DNA from: Neocallimastix sp. 'constans'
Lineage: Eukaryota
Length of the DNA: 64,000 bases
Direction: 5' to 3'
Assembly: GCA_050613775.1 (NCBI GenBank)
Contig: JBODTK010000109.1
Coordinates: 248,001 to 312,000 of the forward strand
The notes beneath the pieces are model-generated. The model was not told the DNA's origin, did no database searches, and saw only the letters and a program-made list of their open reading frames with translations. A program made the translations under genes and the position numbers. This document shows positions 56,091 to 64,000 of the stretch, piece after piece (position 1 is the first letter of the stretch; every line of letters begins with the position of its first letter).

Positions 56091-59060
56091 ATGAATTCAA
56101 TTATTATTGACACTGGAATTTTCGATAGACCAATTCTTATCCAAAATCCAATTCAATCTATTAATAAAAATTCAACTATTGTAAAAGAAGAAGTTTTTGT
56201 AGATGACGGAAAGCCAGTTATTATCGATACTGGTATTTTCGACAGACCAATACTTCTTCAAAATCAAAATTATAAAATTAGTGAAAATTCAAAGCAAGTA
56301 AGCCAAAGAACTTATGTGGTTCAAGAAGAAGGCAGTGAAATTCTTGTAGAAGAAGTTGTTTATGAAGAATATGTAGATGATGACGGAGAAGGTGATAGAG
56401 TAATTGTTAAAGAAGTGGTTGAAGAAGTTGAAGATGAAGGACCAAATGGACAAAAAATAATTAGAAAAGTTATTTCAGGTGAAGAAGGAGAAACTATCAT
56501 TGAAGAAGTAGAAGAAATTGAAGAAGTCGAAGAAGTCGAAGAAGTAGAAGATGATTCAGGAAAAAAAGTTATTAGAAAGATAATTAAAGAAGTTACAAAT
56601 GAAAATGAAAATGAAGAAAAAGTATTTGAACAAGAAGAACAAACTGAATTTGTCGATGAGGTTAATCAAACCGAAGCACAAGATCAATCAACTGAAACAA
56701 TTATAGAAAAAGTAATTGTTGATGAGGAGGAAAAACCTATAATTATTGATACTGGAATCTTTGACAGACCGATTCTTATTCAAGAAGGTGTTGAACCATT
56801 CCAACCAAGAGAAGTTGTAATTGATTCAGAAGAATCAATTCCAGAATGTAGAGCTGATACCGGTTGTTGGTGGTTATTTGCTAAGCCAGAATCAAAACCA
56901 ATTATTATTGATACTGGAATTTTTGATAGACCAATTCTTATTCAAGAAGGTGTTGAACCATTCCAACCAAGAGAAATTGCAATTGAAGAACAAAAACCAA
57001 TTATTATTGATACTGGTATATTCGATAGACCAATTCTTATTCAAGAAGGTGTTGAACCATTCCAACCAAGAGAAGTTGTAAATGATTCAGAAGAATCAAT
57101 TCCAGAATGTAGAGCTGATACTGGCTGTTGGTGGTTATTTGCAAAACCAGAATCAAAACCAATTATAATTGATACTGGTATTTTCGACAGACCAATTCTT
57201 ATTCAAGAAGGTGTTGAACCATTCCAACCAAGAGAAGTTGTAATTGATTCAGAAGAATCAATTCCAGAATGTAGAGCTGATACTGGCTGTTGGTGGTTAT
57301 TTGCAAAACCAGAATCAAAACCAATTATAATTGATACTGGAATTTTCGACAGGCCAATTCTTATTCAAGAAGGTGTTGAACCATTCCAACCAAGAGAAAT
57401 TGAAATCGAAAAACAAAATCCAATTATTATTGATACTGGTATATTCGATAGACCAATTCTTATTCAAGAAGGTGTTGAACCATTCCAACCAAGAGAAGTT
57501 GTAATTGATTCAGAAGAATCAATTCCAGAATGTAGAGCTGATACTGGCTGTTGGTGGTTATTTGCAAAACCAGAATCAAAACCAATTATAATTGATACTG
57601 GAATTTTCGACAGGCCAATTCTTATTCAAGAAGGTGTTGAACCATTCCAACCAAGAGAAATTGAAATCGAAAAACAAAATCCAATTATTATTGATACTGG
57701 TATATTCGATAGACCAATTCTTATTCAAGAAGGTGTTGAACCATTCCAACCAAGAGAAGTTGTAATTGATTCAGAAGAATCAATTCCAGAATGTAGAGCT
57801 GATACTGGCTGTTGGTGGTTATTTGCAAAACCAGAATCAAAACCAATTATAATTGATACTGGTATTTTCGACAGACCAATTCTTATTCAAGAAGGTGTTG
57901 AACAATCAGAAGTAAGTGTAAAAAGTACAAAAGTTCCGGAAGAAAAAGTCGAAGATTCTATCTTAAAGGTTCATTGTAAGTTACCATTAGGTTATTCTAC
58001 TAAGCAATGGGTTCCATATGGTAGTCGTTCTGTTGAAATCTTATCTGATTTACCACTAGGGTTCCATCCAGAAAATGTTTGGGTTCCACATGCCAAACGC
58101 TCTGTTGAAGTATTATCTAATTTACCACTTGGTTACCATCAAGAAAATGTTTGGGTACCACATGCTGGACGTTCTGTTGAAATTTTATCTGAGTTACCTC
58201 TTGGTTATTCTATTCCTGAACAAGAAAAACCACTTAAGGCTGTTAAAACTGTTGAAAGATCAGTTGAAATTCCAGAAGCTGTTGAAACAATTATTGAAGA
58301 AGTTCCACATGAAGAAAAGAACAATAATACTGAATTAGTTGAACAATTAAAGAGAGAAATTATGATTAGAGATCAGTTATTAAAGAAGAAGGATGATGAA
58401 TTATATGAATTAAAGAATATTGTTGATAAAAAGGAATTTGAAATTAAATCACAAAATACTGACTATCAAAATTTAATTAGATTAAACGAAGAATTAAACC
58501 ATAAACTTACTCAATTAAATATAATAAATAATAAATTACAAAAGAGCATTAAGACAGATAATTTACCAACTCCATCATCTGAAGAACATGTTTGTAATTA
58601 CGTATGTACTTGTGGTAATGTTTTCGATCAAAATGAATACTTACAAAGTAAATTACAAAATATATATATCAATAATGAAATTAAATCAAAGAAAATTGAA
58701 ATTGAAAAACTTACTGGAAAGGTTGTTGCTTTAAATCAACAACTCGCAGTTCTTACTCTAAATGCTGATGAAGCTGAAAATAAAAATAGAAATACTATAA
58801 ACAACTTAAAATCTACTGCTGATGGATATTTAGAAAGATTAGTAAAGTTAAATAGCCAAGTTAGTAATTTAACTTTACTTTTAGATGAAATTAATAATAA
58901 TAAGGCTGTTTCAGTTTCTAATGAGAAATCTGAAGTTTCATCTTCAAATTCAAATGACAAGCAAGTTGCGAAAAGAGTTGTTTATCTTTCCCCAGAAAGT
59001 AGACGTATTATTACCAATATTGTTAATAGGGCTACTGCTGGAAGATGTAATATCTTATGA
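56091..59060 (+). CDS. Uncharacterised 989-aa intronless repeat protein with C-terminal coiled coil and CaaX box (CNIL)
   Basis: Long ORF whose DNA repeat copies differ largely at synonymous positions; 11 IIDTGIFDRPIL motifs, 5 ECRADTGCWWLF modules, 4 LPLG repeats. Confidence 0.85.
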   Translation: MNSIIIDTGIFDRPILIQNPIQSINKNSTIVKEEVFVDDGKPVIIDTGIFDRPILLQNQNYKISENSKQVSQRTYVVQEEGSEILVEEVVYEEYVDDDGEGDRVIVKEVVEEVEDEGPNGQKIIRKVISGEEGETIIEEVEEIEEVEEVEEVEDDSGKKVIRKIIKEVTNENENEEKVFEQEEQTEFVDEVNQTEAQDQSTETIIEKVIVDEEEKPIIIDTGIFDRPILIQEGVEPFQPREVVIDSEESIPECRADTGCWWLFAKPESKPIIIDTGIFDRPILIQEGVEPFQPREIAIEEQKPIIIDTGIFDRPILIQEGVEPFQPREVVNDSEESIPECRADTGCWWLFAKPESKPIIIDTGIFDRPILIQEGVEPFQPREVVIDSEESIPECRADTGCWWLFAKPESKPIIIDTGIFDRPILIQEGVEPFQPREIEIEKQNPIIIDTGIFDRPILIQEGVEPFQPREVVIDSEESIPECRADTGCWWLFAKPESKPIIIDTGIFDRPILIQEGVEPFQPREIEIEKQNPIIIDTGIFDRPILIQEGVEPFQPREVVIDSEESIPECRADTGCWWLFAKPESKPIIIDTGIFDRPILIQEGVEQSEVSVKSTKVPEEKVEDSILKVHCKLPLGYSTKQWVPYGSRSVEILSDLPLGFHPENVWVPHAKRSVEVLSNLPLGYHQENVWVPHAGRSVEILSELPLGYSIPEQEKPLKAVKTVERSVEIPEAVETIIEEVPHEEKNNNTELVEQLKREIMIRDQLLKKKDDELYELKNIVDKKEFEIKSQNTDYQNLIRLNEELNHKLTQLNIINNKLQKSIKTDNLPTPSSEEHVCNYVCTCGNVFDQNEYLQSKLQNIYINNEIKSKKIEIEKLTGKVVALNQQLAVLTLNADEAENKNRNTINNLKSTADGYLERLVKLNSQVSNLTLLLDEINNNKAVSVSNEKSEVSSSNSNDKQVAKRVVYLSPESRRIITNIVNRATAGRCNIL

Positions 59061-59288
59061 ATCTTGGCGTTATTACTTTTAATAGTTATTTATGTTTATA
59101 GTAAATTTCCTTTTTAATTTATGATAAATAATAAATAAATACTTAAAAGTAATAACGAATATCTGATGAAGTAATATATAATATATATAATATATTACAA
59201 TCATGACATATCATTACAATTTTTTAATTTATATAAAATATAGAAGTTAATATCTATAATGGCTAATTTTATAAATACATATATATAA

Positions 59289-59322
<34 letters not shown>

Positions 59323-59449
59323 CAAAAAGAAAAATAATGATACACTAATATTAACCAAAAAAAAGAGAAAACAAAAAGAAAAATAATAATACACTAATAT
59401 TAAACTTCTATTTTGCTTAATTAATAACAATTTTTTCTTATTTTTTCTT

Positions 59450-59488
<39 letters not shown>

Positions 59489-59698
59489 TTAACTTTTAAA
59501 AATTTAATTTTATTATATACATATTAAATTTTAATATTTATAATATAATAACATTTAATATATAGTTAAAAGTAATAAACGTTTAGAATATATTTAATTA
59601 AATTTTTTATCTTTTTATTATTAAATATTTAATATATTTTTAATATATTTTTTAGTGTTTATATAAAATTTTATTAATTTAATGTTTAAATTAAAAAT

Positions 59699-59735
<37 letters not shown>

Positions 59736-59799
59736 TTACTTTTGTATTTATCTATATATACCGTTCCCTTCTTTTTTATATATATATTTATATATATTA

Positions 59800-60180
59800 T
59801 GCTGTTGAGTATAAAATAATGCCGATATATATAATGTATTGTATAGCCGCAATAGTTGCTAATTGGCCATATCAGTTCGTCCTTGACCCTTAGTAATATC
59901 CTTTAAAAGTCACACATGCTGATATGGATTAATGTCAGGAGACTTTCATGATTTTCATAAAGATTGACGAGTAGATACGTTCCTCTTATTCAAAACCTGA
60001 ATAGTCCGAGACAATATGTAAATCATACTTTCTATGGTGAGCGAATTTCCAACTTTATTTATAGAGAAAACTCAGGGGAGGGAGAAAATACCCCATAAAA
60101 ATTAAGAAGAAATGCACAGGGTCAATAATCGAAAAACATAAACTAAAACAACAACAACTAAAAAAAAAAAAAAAAATTTT
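59800..60180. other. GC-elevated, hairpin-rich non-coding island ending in an A-tract
   Basis: Inverted repeats CCATATCAG/CTGATATGG, TTGACCCT/AGGGTCAA, TATTCA/TGAATA and GGGG/CCCC. Confidence 0.45.
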
Positions 60181-60297
60181 TTTTTTTGTAGTAACATAAT
60201 AAGAATTCAAATTTAAAATTGTTATAACAAAATTTTAACAATTAACAGCAACTGATTCGGTAAAATTTAGCTATAATAAAAATTTAAGAAATAATAA

Positions 60298-60505
60298 ATG
60301 CAACTATGTGAGAGAATAAAATATAATATAACCATGAAATCTTATGCTGGCGAATGGGACAATAATAATGAAGATACTAACTCAAACAGATCCGATGACC
60401 CAATGGAAATTGATGCAATGTTTATTTATTTTATTGTTATACTAACTCAAACAGATCCGATGACCCAATGGAAATTGATGCAATGTTTATTTATTTTATT
60501 GTTAT
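60298..60505 (+). mobile_element. Copia gag fragment with a 65-bp tandem duplication
   Basis: IKYNITMKSYAGEWD...DDPMEID aligns by eye with LKSFIYAKSYLENWED...DDPMDLD of the intact copia Gag; 60374-60438 is repeated at 60439-60503. Confidence 0.6.
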
Positions 60506-60889
60506 TTTAACTTTATTTTAATATATGTTATTTATATTATTATTTATTATTTATTTTTTTTATTTTTTTATTTATTTTTTTTTTTTAAAATTGATTTATT
60601 TCTCAAAGGATGAGAAATAATGAGATATACTATTTTTGATTTTATTTTACTTTATTTTATTTTATTTATTTATTTATTTATTTATTTATTATTTTTTTTT
60701 TTTTTAATTTTTCTTTTTTTTTTATATATATTATTTATTTATTTATTTATTTATTTGATTAACTATTCTTAATTTTTTTTTTTTTTTTTTTTTTAATATG
60801 ATAATAATTATTTTTACTTTAAATTATTATAAATTATAATACATATACATATACATATATAATATATATATATTATTTTTTTTTTCAAT

Positions 60890-61048
60890 TCACACATTAA
60901 CATTCAAAGCTGAACCTCTTAGACCAATTAATTTTACTTTATTTTCAGATGTCCATTCAAACCTAACATTTTCAATAATAGCATTTAAACTGATGGAATT
61001 TTCTATAATAATTAAAATATATATATATATATATATATATTAACATTG

Positions 61049-61081
<33 letters not shown>

Positions 61082-61820
61082 TTTGTTTATATTATTCTAA
61101 TTATATTAAGTTCAAAAATATTACTATTACTATTATTATAATTGCGTTAAATTCGTTGTATTATTTATTATTATTATTATTCTATTTTTTTTTTTCTTAC
61201 CTTCCCCTTGAATTTCTTTTCCAACAGTGTAAGATCGAATACTTTTCATTGGTGTATTATTGCTTTCACTACTATTAAATGTTCCTACTAGCATACCCAA
61301 GAAACTTGGTGAAGGTTGCCATATTCTAACAGAGGCTTCTTCTAATGAATAAGAAGCAATTAATTTACCATCTGGTGAAAATGAAACAGCTGAAATTGGT
61401 TTTTGATGTCCCTTTTTTTTTTTTTTTTTTTTTTTTTTATTATTTTTTTATTTTTATTATTATTTGTATTATTTTATATTATTAATTATATATATAAATA
61501 TTTATATTATATTAATATTTATTCTCAATTTTTTTATTAATATTATATAACATAATTAAACATACTTCTAAAATTTGCCAACGAGTACCAGTTTTAAGAT
61601 CATATATTAAAATCAATCCGTCAATACTTCCAATAGCTATTCGTTGTGAATGACCATGGAATGCAATATTTGGATATTTTTTAACTAAATCATGTAAACT
61701 TAAAGTAACAGATTGAATCATATTTTCACGCATATTTGGAACATTTGGATCCAATGATTTAACGACAGCTTCAACTATTTTTGATAAAAATGGATAAATA
61801 ATTAAAGGTTTCTAAAAATA

Positions 61821-61872
<52 letters not shown>

Positions 61873-64000
61873 AAGAAAAAGAAAAAAGTTTATAATTAAT
61901 ATTATTATTAATTAATGATATTGTTAATTAATAATATTATTAATATGTAAATATTTACTTTATTAATAAATAAACTAAGTAATTGTAATTCTGCTTGTCT
62001 TTCATATACTTTTTTTGAATGTACCAAATCAAATGTTAATGTTGTGATAAATAATGGGGTATTATAAGTAGCAATTTGAATAATTGCTTGTCTTGCCATA
62101 AGAGTCATAGCTGAATTACCTGTATGACTAAGAGTTCTTGTTCTTGAAGATGTTGGTTGATCTGAACTATCCACTGTTGAGGAGTTAGTATGAATGTCAT
62201 TAATAATTTTTGAATTTCTTTTACTATCTACTAAAATATTATTGTTTTTACTATTATTACCAGAATTGGATGGCAAAGAATTTGTACTTGTGTTATTTGA
62301 AGAAAATTTTTGTGTTAATTGTCTATTTAATTGTGATTTTAATAATAGATTATTAGATTGGGAATTATTATTACTACTATTGTTATTATTCGTGTTGTTA
62401 CTATTAGGATTAGTATTATTATTATTGTTGTTAGTATTGTTACTTATTGAAGATTTACTTGAGGATAAAGAATTAGTTGGTGAACTATTAGTTGATGATA
62501 TATTAGGATTTAAATTAGCTAAATTCATCAAAAGACGAATTACTGCAGACCCATTAATATATGGTTCCCATACTAGAAAACCTTTACCAATAAGTTCTAC
62601 TGCTGCAATTCTATGCTGTAAACTTGTTTTATTTTCTATGATTAATAATAAGGCTTTTGATATATTATTACATAATCTATTATTTGATTTATATATATAT
62701 AAATTAATATATAATTTAATTTGATAATTATAAATAATTTATTAAAAACTTTAAGTTATAAAATTATTTATATTAGCAAATATTTTAATAAGGTAATTAC
62801 GTGTGCTTTGATTTTAATAATTCATTTTCATCTGCACCAATTATACCTAGCAGAATTGCTGCTCTTAAAGTCACCTTTGTTAAATTTTTTGGTTCATCAA
62901 TAACCACTTTATTATTATTATTTTTATTATTAGTATCGTTGTTGTTATTGTTGACAATCATATATATATAATAACTTTATATTAAAATTATTGATTTTAT
63001 TATAAAAAAAAAAAAAAAAAAGAAAGAAAGAAAAAATAAAAACGTACAATATGGTTCCCAGTAATTTAATACTTTATCTAATTCACTTTCACTAATTTTA
63101 CTTAAAGTAGACCTATATATACATCTTGCTGCCTGTTGAATATCATCTTTTAATTAATAAATAAATTTCATTAATTTCTAATTTTTTAATTTTATTTTAA
63201 TTTATTTATTGTATTCCATGTTATATATAATTATTAATAGTTACTTGTTGAATCCTGCCAATATTTTGTTAAATGTGAAAATGATGGATAATTATAATAT
63301 GGACCAACTATTCCAGGTAACATAATTCCATAATGAGTAATAATAGATATTACATCATCTTCATTTCCTATTTATAATTTTAAATTTTATATCAAAAATA
63401 ATAAAAATTTAAATGAATTACTAAACATATTAATAAAGATAGTATTTTACTTCAAATTTACATTTATTATTTATTATTTATTATTTATTATTTATTATTT
63501 ATTATTTATTATTTATTATTTATTATTTATTATTATTATAAATATAATTTGAATATAATTTTGTTATTATTATTATTATTCTTACTATTATTTTTTTTTA
63601 ATTGTATTCTTTACCTTTTTCTGATAAGAATATTGTTACAAATGATAATATTTTTATTAATCTTGATGCTGTGTATAATGGGGATATTTTCCAAATTTGA
63701 TCTTCTGATGAAAACGGTGCTAATAATGAAAACTGATTATCAACTCCTTTAATACCAATAGTAATATTTTTTCTATTTGGCTTCAATCCTATTTTCTTTT
63801 CACAAATATTATCTAATTCAGAATCAATCTCCCATGTTAAAAGAGAAGAAAATAATAATTGGGTAAATTTTCGATAGAGATGTGACAATGATTTACCATT
63901 TGGATTTCCTACTCCTTTAAATTGATTTGATTTTAACATTAATGATAATCCTATTTGCTTTGATGCTTTATTACTAGAATTCAAAATCGATTTACTATTA
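60890..64000 (-). CDS. WDR7: 3' part of a WDR7/rabconnectin-3beta-like WD40 protein, multi-exon; starts beyond the window end
   Basis: LTKYWQD...QQAAR; RIAAVELIGKGFLVWEPYI; VVKSLDPN; SQRIAIGSIDG..IYDLK; GHQKPISAVSFSPDGKLIASYS; stop TGA at 60892-60890. Confidence 0.8.

Noticed and set aside
56735..57900. IIIDTGI repeats as aspartic-protease (DTG) or subtilase (IDTGI) catalytic motifs
   Set aside because: Units of 33-54 aa are too short for those folds, and the other catalytic motifs are absent.
56735..57900. Fungal RiPP/KEP-type repeated peptide precursor
   Set aside because: No signal peptide, no dibasic Kex2 sites between repeats, no adjacent tailoring genes, and a coiled-coil/CaaX tail is present.
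59930..60055. RNase P/MRP RNA, suggested by minus-strand GAAAGTCTCC and GGAAATTCG
   Set aside because: Could not find a matching downstream CR-V/P4 partner; left as an unassigned structured island.

Overview
Extremely AT-rich, intron-containing eukaryotic DNA, most consistent with an anaerobic gut fungus (Neocallimastigomycota): it has a dockerin-bearing GH43, A/T-run-rich GT-AG introns and long (AAT)n tracts. Host genes in order: a truncated low-complexity gene, NUG1/GNL3 GTPase, SEC6, proteasome beta-4, an LtrA-like membrane protein, NFU1, VDAC porin, ERV1, ARPC1, a dockerin-GH43, an uncharacterised 989-aa repeat protein ending in a CaaX box, and the 3' part of a WDR7-like gene. Positions 16457-30527 hold a young Ty1/copia element (identical 320-bp LTRs, ATTAT TSD). 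Its gag is split by an intact Ty3/gypsy chromovirus (772-bp LTRs, CAGGA TSD). Two decayed copia copies, a nested solo LTR and a gag fragment are also present. Most notable: (1) the copia primer-binding site matches the anticodon arm of tRNA-Lys(CUU), suggesting half-tRNA priming by a non-Met tRNA; (2) the chromovirus has a Tf1-type self-priming duplex, TG...TA termini and an alternating 41/40-bp array in its leader; (3) the prenylation-signal repeat protein; (4) an Erv1 with two N-terminal CxxC motifs; (5) two hairpin-rich, GC-elevated non-coding islands. All identities and exon boundaries were read by eye, without database searches.
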